DNA from: Pseudomonadota bacterium
GTDB lineage: Bacteria; Myxococcota; JACRCW01; JAFGSX01
Assembly: GCA_043821645.1 (NCBI GenBank)
Contig: JBDRCO010000003.1
Location: 32,001-96,000, forward strand
Reading direction: 5' to 3'
DNA length: 64,000 nucleotides
Part shown: piece by piece, positions 1 to 9,220 of the stretch
How the letters are laid out: each line of letters starts with the position of its first letter
Numbering within the stretch: position 1 is the stretch's first letter
Notes under the pieces: generated by a model
Database searches by the model: none
Seen by the model: the letters and a program-made list of their open reading frames with translations, nothing else
What the model was told of the DNA's origin: nothing
Program-made: the position numbers and the translations under genes

Positions 1-398
1 GACTGCAGGGTCTCGCCCCGTTCCTCGACCAGCTGGTAGCCGATCGCCAGCGCAGCGGTGACGCTGAGCAGGCCGATGACCACGGCAAGGGCTGCGGCCA
101 GGGGGTGAAAGCGCGGGTGGCGGCGCGGGCTGGCTGGCGCCTCCTGGCGCCGCGGGAGCAGGCTGGCAATCACCGCGGCAAGCGGACCGCTGACCAGCCC
201 GAGCAGGGTCAGGGCCCAGCGCGAGCGACCTCGATCCCGGGCGATGAGCGAGGCCAGGGGTGCGCCCAGCAGGATGGCCACCAGGGCCACCATGCTCAGG
301 GCAATGGGTCGAAAGAAGCCGAGCTCGTCGATCATGCCAGCCGCCGATCTCCAGCACCTGCCAGGCGGGTTCTGCGCTCAACCCGCGACCCAGTGTCG

Positions 399-2117
399 CT
401 ATTCCGTTGGGGTATCGATCGTGGCCGCCTCATCGTCACCACTCTCCATGCGCCGCAGCTGCGGGAACAGGATGACCTCGCGGATGGTGGCCGCGTTACA
501 CAGCACCATGGTCAGGCGGTCGATGCCGATGCCCTCTCCTGCTGTGGGGGGCATGCCGACCTCGAGGGCGCGCACGAAGTCCTCGTCCATGTCCGGGGCC
601 TCCTCGTCTCCGCGTCGCTTGAGCCGGACCTGATCCTCGAACCGTCGACGCTGTTCCATCGGGTCGTTGAGCTCGCTGAAAGCATTGGCGAGTTCCATGC
701 CGGCGGCAAAGAATTCGAAGCGGTCGACCACCGCAGGGTCGGCGTCGTGTTGGCGAGCCAGGGGCGAGGCGGGCAGGGGGTAGTCGGTGATGAAGGTGGG
801 CTGGATCAGCGTGGCCTCGACCTCGTGATCGAAGCAGGCATAGAGCAGGTGCAGAGCCAGGGCGCGTCGCCGGTCAGGGCTGAGGGCCTCGTCGAGGCGG
901 CCGCAGAGGCGGGTCAGGGCGGTCTTGCGGTCCGGGTCCGCCAAGTAGGCGGCGCGGGCCGACTTCACCAGGGCTGCCGGGTTGTCGCCGCTGGCGCCAG
1001 GTACCAGAGTACTCAGCTCGTCGTCGTCGAGATTCTGCAAGATGGCGTCGATGGGATCGGTGTCGAGGCAGTGCTCGAACACGAGCTCGCCAGCCCGCGA
1101 GGCCGAGTCGATGCTCCGAAGCGGACCCACTCCGAGGTGCTGACCCACCGCATCGGCCATGGCGATCCGGGTGAAGGGCCGGGCAAAAGAGATGCGATGC
1201 TCGCCGAACTCGACCACCTCGTCACCCGCCACGCGCGTGGCAAGCCTGTTCAGCAGCTCCTCGGTGAGCAGGATCAGGTCCTCGGCCGTGGCATAGGCCT
1301 GGTAGAGCTCGAGCGAGGTGAACTCGGGATTGTGCTTCTTGCTCAGCCCCTCGTTGCGGAAGCAGCGCCCGATCTCGTACACGCGCTCGAGGCCGCCGAC
1401 GACCAGGCGCTTGAGGTGCAGCTCGGTGGCGATGCGCAGGTACAGGTCCTGACCCAGGGCGTTGTGGTGGGTCACGAAGGGTTGGGCGCTGGCGCCGCCT
1501 GCCACGTCCTGCAGGATGGGGGTCTCGACCTCCAGGAACTCACGCACATCCAGAAACTGGCGAATGCCCGAGATGATGGCCGCGCGGCGTCTGAAGATCT
1601 CACGCGCCGCCGGATTGGCGATCAGATCGACGTAGCGACGACGGTAGCGCTGCTCCACGTCGGTCAGGCCGTGCCACTTCTCGGGAGGTGGTTGCAGCGA
1701 CTTGGTGAGGATGCGCAATCCCTCGGCAGCCAGGGTCAGCTCCCCCGTGCGCGTTCGCATGGGTGTGCCGGCCACCCCCACGATGTCGCCGAGGTCGAAG
1801 AGCTTGAGGTGCCCGTAGGCCGCCTCGCCGATGGTGTCCTGCTTGACGAAGATCTGCAGCACGCCGGTGCGATCCTGGAGATTGAAGAAGGTGCTCTTGC
1901 CGTGGCGGCGCAGCGACACGATCCGGCCTGCCACGATGTAGATCTTGGTCGACCCTTGCAGGCTCTCGGTGCTGTCGCCCTGGTGCCGCTCGTGGACCTC
2001 GGTACAGGTCAACTCGGGCTTGAAGTCGTTGGCATAGGCGCGGTAGCCGGCCCGGGTCAGCTCGTCGAGCTTGCTCTGCCGCTGCTCGCGCAGGGTATCC
2101 TCGTGAGACGTCGTCAT
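399..2117 (-). CDS. lysS: Lysine--tRNA ligase (class II)
   Basis: OB-fold N-terminus (GRIVSLRRHGKSTFF), EQRYRRRYVDL, YLRIATELHLKRL, FRNEG..HNPEFT, GMPPTAGEGIGIDRL. Start taken at ATG 2117 (MTTSHED). Confidence 0.97.
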   Translation of the reverse strand: MTTSHEDTLREQRQSKLDELTRAGYRAYANDFKPELTCTEVHERHQGDSTESLQGSTKIYIVAGRIVSLRRHGKSTFFNLQDRTGVLQIFVKQDTIGEAAYGHLKLFDLGDIVGVAGTPMRTRTGELTLAAEGLRILTKSLQPPPEKWHGLTDVEQRYRRRYVDLIANPAAREIFRRRAAIISGIRQFLDVREFLEVETPILQDVAGGASAQPFVTHHNALGQDLYLRIATELHLKRLVVGGLERVYEIGRCFRNEGLSKKHNPEFTSLELYQAYATAEDLILLTEELLNRLATRVAGDEVVEFGEHRISFARPFTRIAMADAVGQHLGVGPLRSIDSASRAGELVFEHCLDTDPIDAILQNLDDDELSTLVPGASGDNPAALVKSARAAYLADPDRKTALTRLCGRLDEALSPDRRRALALHLLYACFDHEVEATLIQPTFITDYPLPASPLARQHDADPAVVDRFEFFAAGMELANAFSELNDPMEQRRRFEDQVRLKRRGDEEAPDMDEDFVRALEVGMPPTAGEGIGIDRLTMVLCNAATIREVILFPQLRRMESGDDEAATIDTPTE

Positions 2118-2194
2118 GGCGTGCCTCGTGCTTGGCCCGGGAAAGGGAACCAAGCGATATGTGCCCGGCCAAAGGGAGTCAAGTCACGCGGACG

Positions 2195-3332
2195 TCAGCT
2201 CTCACCCGGAGGTGTCATTCCCACGCCCTCGAGCAGGGCTTTCTCCAGGAAGTCGTGCAGGTCACCGTCGAGCACCGCTTCAACGTTGCCGCGCTCGTAG
2301 CCCGTGCGCAGATCCTTGGCCAGGCGATAGGGGTGCAGCACGTAGTTCCGGATCTGCGAGCCGAAGGAGATCTCCATCTTGGCACTCTCGGTGGCGTCGC
2401 GCACGGCCTCGCGCTTCTTCACCTCGTGCTTGTACAGCTTGGCCTTGAGCAGCTTGAGCGCCAGCGCGCGGTTCTTGTGCTGGCTGCGCTCCTGCTGACA
2501 CAGCACGACGATGCCCGTGGGCAGGTGGGTGAAGCGCACCGCGCTCTCGGTCTTGTTGACGTGCTGACCGCCCGCACCCCCTGAACGCAGGGTGTCGATC
2601 TTGAGGTCTTCGTCCTTGACCTCGATGTCGATGTCGTCGTCGACCTCGGGGTACACATAGGCGCTGGCAAATGAGGTGTGGCGCCGCTGATTGCTGTCGA
2701 AGGGCGAGATGCGCACCAGGCGGTGCACGCCGCTCTCGACCTTGAGGTAGCCATAGGCGTACTCGCCGGTGATGTGCAGGGTGCAGCTCTTGATGCCTGC
2801 CTCGTCACCGTCCTGCTGGTCCATCACCTCGACCTGCCAGCCGCGCCGCTCGACGTAGCGCAGGTACATCCGCATGAGCATCTGCGCCCAGTCCTGGCTG
2901 TCGGTGCCGCCGGCGCCGGCGTTGATATCGAGGTAGGCATTCCGAACATCGTCCGCGCTGCCCAGGATGCGCTGGAACTCCATCTCCTCGACGGCCTGGC
3001 GCACACCCTCCAGATCCTTGCTGACGTCCGCCAGGGCGGCGGCATCCTCCTCCTCGACGACCAGGTCGATGAGCTCTGGCAGGTCCTTCAGGGTGTGATC
3101 GGCGCGGTCGAAGCGCTGCACGGCGGTGTCGAGCTGCGAGCGCTCGCGCTGCACCGAGGCGGCTTTTTCTTGTTCATTCCAGAAGTTCGGCCTGCCGATT
3201 TCTTCATCGAGCCTGTCGCGCCGTGCGCGCTTGCCCTCGACGTCAAAGATAACCCCGGAGCCCCTGCAGGCGCTGGGTGAGGTCCTTGACCAGGTTGCGC
3301 ATCTCGTTGATCTGTATGTTCAGGTCCGCCAT
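2195..3332 (-). CDS. prfB: Peptide chain release factor 2, with programmed +1 frameshift after codon 29
   Basis: GGQ motif (GAGGQHVNKTESAVR) and SPF anticodon-mimic motif. Upstream frame MADLNIQ...LRGYL ends in CTT TGA C (3248-3242); the +1 frame continues DVEGKRARR...NFWNEQEKA into the main ORF. Confidence 0.97.
3242..3257 (-). other. RF2 autoregulatory frameshift site (CGG GGT TAT CTT TGA C)
   Basis: Canonical slippery CTT-TGA-C with a G-rich internal SD-like sequence just upstream. Confidence 0.95.
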
Positions 3333-3597
3333 GGCAGCTCTCTCCGCCGGCGCTCGATGTGGCCGCGCCGGGGCGCATCATGATGGCCCGGGCCCGGCAA
3401 TTCAAGGGGCCGCTGCGTGCCACCCCGCACCCTCAGAATGCAGCGGCCGCGGCATCGCTCGCACGGCCGGTGAATGGCTCGGGCCTCAGAACACTTGATG
3501 GAGCCGAGATGGCGCAGCTATCCTGAGCCAACGACCCGGGAAGCGCGTGCCGCCGGGCACGTGGACAGTGAACCGGGGTCGTGAGAAAACAGGCTCC

Positions 3598-5784
3598 ATG
3601 ATCGTCGAGTGCAAGAACTGCCAGACCAAGTTCCGGATCGCCGACGACAAAGTCACGGCGCGCGGGACCAAGGTGCGCTGCTCCAAGTGCCAGCACACGT
3701 TTGTTGTGCGCAAGGACGAGGCTGCCCCCGATGTCGCTGCCGCGTCACCCAGCACCGAGATCCAGACCCGGGTCAGCAAGCCTTTGTCCGCTCCAGCTTC
3801 CTCGAAGACCATGCAGATGTTCGCGGTCTCGCCCGCGGACATTCGCACCAGCGCCAGCGCCGCGAGCTTTGACCTTGACGGCGGGGTCTCCACCGACCCC
3901 TTTGCCGTGCCCGATACGATGGCAGCGCACAAGGCCTCCTTCGATGACGCCGGCGTGCCACCCACCAATCCTCTGGGAGCCGCCAACGCTGCCTTTGGCG
4001 GTATGGGCCAGGCTGGTCCTGCGCTGCGCGGGGCATCCCCTCGTGCGTCCTCACCGCAGGAGAACACGAGGCGTCTTGACGCACCCGCAGGGCCTCCAGA
4101 TCCCTTCGGGCCGCCTGCCTCGCAGAGCGCGCCGCAAGACCGCACGGATGTGACCGTGCAGACCGACCCCTTTGCTGCGCGAGGAGATCTGTTCGGCGGA
4201 TCGATGTCCTTTGACCAGGACGAGCCCGAACCGCCTGTCCCGGTCTCTCCTCCTCCCGCGGCAGCCATTGCCGGCACGCAGGCGGACCCCTTCGGCGAGA
4301 CAGCGGTGGCCAAGCCGCCCAGGCTTCCTCCGCAGACACCGCCCGCAGAATTTCAGGATCCCTTCGGCATGCCCGCGACGGCTGCAGCCAGGCCATCTGG
4401 AGGGGTGGCCCGGGCTGCGAACGCACAGAGCAGCCCCTTTGCTCCTCCCCCGGCCGAGGCCGCCGATCCCTTCGCCGCGATGAGCCCCCCGCCCGCGCTT
4501 GCTGCGGCGCTTCCACAAGAGGATCCCTTCGGCGCTCTCGCGCACGATCCCGTCGCAGCTCCCTTCAGTCCACCGCCCGGCCCCAGCGCCGGCGCCGATC
4601 CCCTGGCTCCCGCGAGCGGTTCCGCGGCACTGGGTGGCAGCGCAGAAGACATCTTCGGTGGCCTGGGGCTGCCGGACGCGGTGGCCAGCCAGACGGTGCC
4701 CTGGGGCAGTGGGGCGGGCGAAGCGAGCTTCGAGAATGCCCTCGATGCAGAGACCCGGGTTCGCACCGTCGATGACGACATGCTCAAGATGCTGGCTACC
4801 TACAGCGCAACCGAGCAGGCCTCGGCCGAGCCGCAGGTGGTGGCTCCAGCGACAGTGCCCGCCCCGAAGCCAATCGAGGACACCGACGACGCGGTCCCCA
4901 CACCTGGCCGAGGTGTGGTGTTGCACGTTGCTCAGGGCTTGTTTGGCCTGATGCTGGCCGCCGCCATGCTGCTGGGTGTCTTCCACTTCAGGGGTGGGCG
5001 CTTTCAGGACCTTTCGCTGGGGCACGTGTTCCGGGTCGTGCTGTTTGGTGATCTGGGCTACGTCGATGCTCGCCTCCAGACCGACACCGTCGACGTCGTG
5101 ACCTACGAGCTGTCCTCGCACCATAGGGTCGTGGTGGTGACGGGGGAGGTGCGCAACAAGGGCTCCGATGCGCTTCCGGGGGTGGTGGTCAAGGGCGTCC
5201 TGCGCGATCCCGCTGGCCAGGAGATCGGATCCGGTGAGGTCTATGCCGGTGCCGTGCTCGATCCCTTCGAACTCGAACGCCTCAAGGCTGCGCCAGCGGC
5301 CACTCGCTACCTGAACGCCAAGGTCGCCAGGCAGGCGAGTGCACTGGCGCCAGGCGCGAGCTGGGCGTTTTCCCTGGTCCTGGCCGCACCCGGCGATGCG
5401 GACCTCACCGCGAGCGCCCTGGACATCGCGCTGCATGCGGCAGACGCTCCTCGCGCGTCGGCCCTCGAGGGAGCGCTGGAACCCGCCACCGAGCCGACCG
5501 AGGGTGGATCCGCCAAACCCGATACGACGGGATCCACGACCCACAAGGGCGACCGCAATGCCGAGCCCGCCACTCCAGCCGCCGCTACCAAGGACAAGCC
5601 TGCCGCCCGTCCGACAGCCGATCCTGGCACCAAGCCCGGACTCAAGGCACCGGCCACCAAGCCCACGCCAGTGGCTCGGCCAAAGCCCACGCCCGTCGCC
5701 CCGCGCAAGCCGGCACCCGAACCCACTGCCGCGCCTCCACCGCCACCACCACCTCCTCCCCCCCCGCCACCGCCAGGCGAGTGA
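3598..5784 (+). CDS. Zinc-ribbon (MJ0042-type) membrane protein: Pro/DPF-rich linker, one TM helix, DUF3426-like Ig-fold domain, Pro-rich tail
   Basis: N-terminal CxxC..CxxC (MIVECKNCQTKFRI..VRCSKCQHTF), TM GLFGLMLAAAMLLGVF, VVVVTGEVRN beta-strand pattern. Confidence 0.8.
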   Translation: MIVECKNCQTKFRIADDKVTARGTKVRCSKCQHTFVVRKDEAAPDVAAASPSTEIQTRVSKPLSAPASSKTMQMFAVSPADIRTSASAASFDLDGGVSTDPFAVPDTMAAHKASFDDAGVPPTNPLGAANAAFGGMGQAGPALRGASPRASSPQENTRRLDAPAGPPDPFGPPASQSAPQDRTDVTVQTDPFAARGDLFGGSMSFDQDEPEPPVPVSPPPAAAIAGTQADPFGETAVAKPPRLPPQTPPAEFQDPFGMPATAAARPSGGVARAANAQSSPFAPPPAEAADPFAAMSPPPALAAALPQEDPFGALAHDPVAAPFSPPPGPSAGADPLAPASGSAALGGSAEDIFGGLGLPDAVASQTVPWGSGAGEASFENALDAETRVRTVDDDMLKMLATYSATEQASAEPQVVAPATVPAPKPIEDTDDAVPTPGRGVVLHVAQGLFGLMLAAAMLLGVFHFRGGRFQDLSLGHVFRVVLFGDLGYVDARLQTDTVDVVTYELSSHHRVVVVTGEVRNKGSDALPGVVVKGVLRDPAGQEIGSGEVYAGAVLDPFELERLKAAPAATRYLNAKVARQASALAPGASWAFSLVLAAPGDADLTASALDIALHAADAPRASALEGALEPATEPTEGGSAKPDTTGSTTHKGDRNAEPATPAAATKDKPAARPTADPGTKPGLKAPATKPTPVARPKPTPVAPRKPAPEPTAAPPPPPPPPPPPPPPGE

Positions 5785-6911
5785 TGGCCGGTGGGGCCCA
5801 CAGCATCGCGCAGCTGTGGCAGCGGATCCTCGGCGACCCGTCAGGTGAGGCGCGCCTGCACACCGTGCTCGAATGGCTGAACACCCAGGCCACCGCAGAG
5901 CAATGCGACGACCTGGTGGTGCACCTCGAGGACGCAGCCTTCTCGAGTGGTGACGGGGATTCGCTGCGCGCGCTCGTGCAAGCTGCGGCGGCCTCCGGTC
6001 GCTTGAGCTACGATGCGGTCGAGCGGCTCTACCTCGCCGCCGTGCAACTGGGTGACGACCTCCTGAGCGAGCGGCTGCTCGGTCTGCAGCACGGGCCCGC
6101 GGCGATCCGCCACCAGGTGGAGCCAGAGGATCCGCGAAGCCAGCCCGAACAGCCTCCGGACGATGAGACCAGACTCGCGCTGCAGGAGCTGCTGACCCTG
6201 CTCCGGGCCCTCTCCGAGTTCACGCAGCGCACGGCTGTGCTGTCCGAGTGGATGGACCGCCTGGGTGCAGAGCGCGTGGTGCGCGTGCTTGGCGCGGCCC
6301 TGTACGCCATCGGCGAAGGGCAGGGTGACGCCAGGATCGCCGTCGATGTGTTCCATGCGGTGATGGTGGGCGAGCAGCTCAGCTACGAGCATCGGGCTCG
6401 CCTGTACGAGGAGGCCGTGACCCAGGGACGGATCGGTGTGCAGCGGCTTGTCCTGGCCCCGCCGGCGCAGGAGATCGACACCCAGGGGCACGATCCCAAG
6501 GGCTCCCTGGCAGCCAAGGGCCAGCCCCTGGGCATGCGGACCTGGCTCGCCCGGCGCGCCGGACGCGATCTCATCGACCGCCTGCTGCTGGATCCGGATG
6601 CCAGCGTGGTGGCCAACCTGCTGCTCAACCCTATGCTGACCGAGAGCGACGTGCTCCGCATCGCGTCGCGGCGTCCCAACCGACCCGACGTCCTGCTCGA
6701 GCTGAGCCAGGCACCGCGCTGGAACCGTCGCTACGCCCTGCGCCGCGCGCTGGTGTTCAATCCCTACACTCCGGTGGATCTGGCCCTGCGCCAGGTGCCG
6801 TTTCTCACGCGGGCGGATCTGCTCTCCGTCGCAGGCGACGCCAAGCTGCACCAGGAAGTGCGGGACGGCGCCCGTGCCCTCGCGCACAAGCGCCCCCCGA
6901 CCCGGGTGTGA
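5784..6911 (+). CDS. Hypothetical helical-repeat protein (DUF2336/LRR-variant-like C-terminus)
   Basis: Start overlaps the upstream stop (TGATG). C-terminal LLLDPDASVVANLLLNP..RRALVFNPYTP repeats; host-like codon usage. Confidence 0.7.
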   Translation: MAGGAHSIAQLWQRILGDPSGEARLHTVLEWLNTQATAEQCDDLVVHLEDAAFSSGDGDSLRALVQAAAASGRLSYDAVERLYLAAVQLGDDLLSERLLGLQHGPAAIRHQVEPEDPRSQPEQPPDDETRLALQELLTLLRALSEFTQRTAVLSEWMDRLGAERVVRVLGAALYAIGEGQGDARIAVDVFHAVMVGEQLSYEHRARLYEEAVTQGRIGVQRLVLAPPAQEIDTQGHDPKGSLAAKGQPLGMRTWLARRAGRDLIDRLLLDPDASVVANLLLNPMLTESDVLRIASRRPNRPDVLLELSQAPRWNRRYALRRALVFNPYTPVDLALRQVPFLTRADLLSVAGDAKLHQEVRDGARALAHKRPPTRV

Positions 6912-6953
6912 ACTCTGTGCTGTGACGAGGGAGGCGCAGATTCTGAAGAGGCG

Positions 6954-7160
6954 CTAGCTGTCTTTACTGGCGGGATTTTTCGCGTCACCCTCTGGCAGCT
7001 CGTCCTTCTTGGGCGAGACGTCGATCTCGTCGCCACGCAGACCGCGCTTGAAGGATCGCACACCTCGCCCGACCGCCTCGGCCAGGGCCGGGATGCGGCT
7101 GGCGCCGAACAGCAGCACCACGACCACCAGGATCAGGATCAGTTCGGTGGTACCGATCAT
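6954..7160 (-). CDS. tatA: Twin-arginine translocase TatA/TatE subunit
   Basis: MIGTTELILILVVVVLLFGASRIPALAEAVGRGVRSFKRGL: TM helix, FG hinge, amphipathic helix. Confidence 0.93.
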   Translation of the reverse strand: MIGTTELILILVVVVLLFGASRIPALAEAVGRGVRSFKRGLRGDEIDVSPKKDELPEGDAKNPASKDS

Positions 7161-7201
7161 CTCTCGCCATCCGCGCGGGTCGGCGCTCGGCGCCTGCTCC
7201 G

Positions 7202-8077
7202 CTAGAAATTCAGGGACAGCTGGAAGCCAAGCTGTTGAACCGACTGCTGTCCCGCAAAGTTAATATCGCCCTCGATGGTCAGATCGAAGATGAAGCTGCC
7301 GAGTCGAAGGCCAGCCACGGCGCGGTGGTAGCCGTTGCCCAGGATGCTCACCTGGTCAAAAGTGAAGTTGCCGCCGATGTCGTCCGCCGAGCGCGGATCC
7401 GGGTCGATCACCGCCGAGGCGGCGTTGATGGCCACGTAGTTGTAGCCCGCGAAGGGCGCCAGCCGCATCATCCCGAACAGGCCAAAAGTCTTGGAGATCT
7501 GTGCTCCCGCAGAGGCCACGGTGAGGTCGATCTGGTCGTTGCCGAGCAGCCGGTTGACCGACAATGTGACTGCGAGATCTGGCAGCCAGATGAACCCCTC
7601 GTTGAGCGCCCAGCGGATGTCCGCGCCCACCGCGTACATGTGGCTCTCGAACAGGTACTGGCCTCCGCCTCCGACCTCCAGGCTGAACGGAAGGCCCTTG
7701 CGCGCGCGGACACCCAGGGTCTGCAAGACCGGCGGCATGGTACGGCCAGCCTGGCCTCGTTCCGTGGAATCCGCCCAGTAGCTGTTGCTGGGCTGGATGA
7801 AGTGCAGGGTGTAATCCAGGCCAATGTCGAAGCCCGCGTGACCGGGGGTCTCCGAGGGGGCCAGGGACCTGGGTGAGAACACCAGGCCGAGCTCCGTGGT
7901 CAGCCCCTTGAACGCGTCCTGGTCACCCATCACCAGGTCTGTGTTGGGATTCTTCATGGGCTGCCCGTTTGCATCGCGCTGCACCAGGTTGGTCAGCACG
8001 ATATCGTTGGGAGCTGCCCATGCCAGGCTAGCAAAGAGCGCACTTGCGAGGACCACCGGCCAGACATACGCGCGCAT
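7202..8077 (-). CDS. Putative outer-membrane beta-barrel protein
   Basis: Signal peptide (MRAYVWPVVLASALFASLAWA), alternating beta-strands, C-terminal Phe (LGFQLSLNF). The longer ORF-track extension runs through AT-rich intergenic DNA and is unlikely to be coding. Confidence 0.7.
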   Translation of the reverse strand: MRAYVWPVVLASALFASLAWAAPNDIVLTNLVQRDANGQPMKNPNTDLVMGDQDAFKGLTTELGLVFSPRSLAPSETPGHAGFDIGLDYTLHFIQPSNSYWADSTERGQAGRTMPPVLQTLGVRARKGLPFSLEVGGGGQYLFESHMYAVGADIRWALNEGFIWLPDLAVTLSVNRLLGNDQIDLTVASAGAQISKTFGLFGMMRLAPFAGYNYVAINAASAVIDPDPRSADDIGGNFTFDQVSILGNGYHRAVAGLRLGSFIFDLTIEGDINFAGQQSVQQLGFQLSLNF

Positions 8078-8534
8078 GAAGTTCCCCGTTAGCAGGAGCG
8101 GATGGTCTACGACACCTCCCGACGGTTCTGCCGGGCCGCCACAACATAGGGAAAGCTCCGGGTAAGTGTCAAGACCGGTGCTGGACCAGCGGGCAAAAGC
8201 AGGGTGCCGCGAGGTGACGCTAGAAGCCCCGGGCTGGTCAGCACGCTCAAAGTCTCGAATGTCGCAGAGAGCGGCAATCCCAAAAATTAATTTTACCGAA
8301 TCCACACATGCAGCGAAAAGTGCGACTTTGCTAGAGGCTACTTTAGAATCATCGACGTATGGCCAGGTAAAATAAAGTCTTTCATGAAAATTTCGGTTTG
8401 CCGATGGGATGAGCCAGAAAAGCAAAAAAGAGAAGAATCTCAAGCATCCGAATCAATGTTACATAATGTGTTATAAAATGAGCAGATAAGAGCAATAGTT
8501 AAACCTGAATCAAAGGTGTGCTTCAATCTGGATA

Positions 8535-8571
8535 CCACCACATATAGTTACTAGGCAACAATATATAGTAT
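8535..8571. promoter_or_regulatory. Tandem NrdR-box-like operators
   Basis: Cores CCACATATAG (8538-8547) and CAATATATAG (8559-8568) fit the NrdR core CwAtATaTwG and lie 21 bp apart. Confidence 0.6.
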
Positions 8572-8616
8572 CTCATCGAGTTTCTCCAAATGCCCGCCAT
8601 GTGTGCGTTTTTTCTA

Positions 8617-8646
8617 TTGACACTCGATCCCCTTCCTCACTAGATT
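8617..8646 (+). promoter_or_regulatory. Sigma-70-type promoter of the mraZ/dcw operon
   Basis: TTGACA (8617-8622), 18 bp spacer, TAGATT (8641-8646), about 75 bp upstream of the mraZ ATG. Confidence 0.7.
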
Positions 8647-8690
8647 GTGGATCGAAGTGGGGCGAAGTGGATCGTAGGCGATCGATGTGG
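8647..8690 (+). promoter_or_regulatory. MraZ-binding direct repeats
   Basis: GTGG at 8647, 8657, 8667 and 8687 (degenerate GGCG at 8677); exact 10-bp period. Confidence 0.85.
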
Positions 8691-8719
8691 ATCGCACACT
8701 CCCGAAAAGCGGATAGAAG

Positions 8720-9169
8720 ATGTTCCGAGGCTGGTTCGAGCATCTGCTGGACACCAAAGGGCGGGCGGCCATTCCCTCGACCTTCCGGGATAATCTTGCC
8801 CAGGCTGGAGACGAACGCCTGGTCATCACCACGGCCCTGTCTGGAGATCATCTCGTCGCCTATCCCCTGAGCAAGTGGCTGGCCTTCGAAGAGCGCGTCC
8901 GCTCGCAACTGCCCCAGTTTGACGCCAACGTTGAACGGTTTCGCAGGCTGTACATAGGCGGGGCCATGGAGTGCGGGTTCGACAAGCTGGGCCGCTTGGT
9001 GATCCCGGCCAACCTGCGCGAGGCCGCGGACCTGACCAAGGAGATCGTGTTTGTGGGCGACATCGAGAAGTTTGCGATCTGGTCCAAAGAGCGCTGGAGC
9101 GAGACCCAGCGGGTGGACCAGTCACAGCGCGACAGCATGCAAGATACACTTGCGAATCTTGGCCTATAG
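8720..9169 (+). CDS. mraZ: Transcriptional regulator MraZ
   Basis: Two SpoVT/AbrB repeats (LDTKGRAAIP, FDKLGRLVIP); first gene of the dcw cluster. Confidence 0.96.
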   Translation: MFRGWFEHLLDTKGRAAIPSTFRDNLAQAGDERLVITTALSGDHLVAYPLSKWLAFEERVRSQLPQFDANVERFRRLYIGGAMECGFDKLGRLVIPANLREAADLTKEIVFVGDIEKFAIWSKERWSETQRVDQSQRDSMQDTLANLGL

Positions 9170-9220
9170 CATTGTTCAGTAAGGTTAATTTTTGATCAAC
9201 GCCATGTGCACGGTGGTCCA

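Noticed and set aside
105-2300. 731-aa plus-strand ORF
   Set aside because: Antisense shadow of lysS/prfB caused by high GC3; no recognisable motifs.
8078-8443. 122-codon N-terminal extension of the beta-barrel ORF
   Set aside because: Atypical composition; the signal peptide begins at ATG 8077.
8260-8700. Possible replication origin (AT-rich, TGTGGAT-like sequences)
   Set aside because: No perfect TTATCCACA boxes and no dnaA/dnaN context; the GTGG repeats fit MraZ sites.
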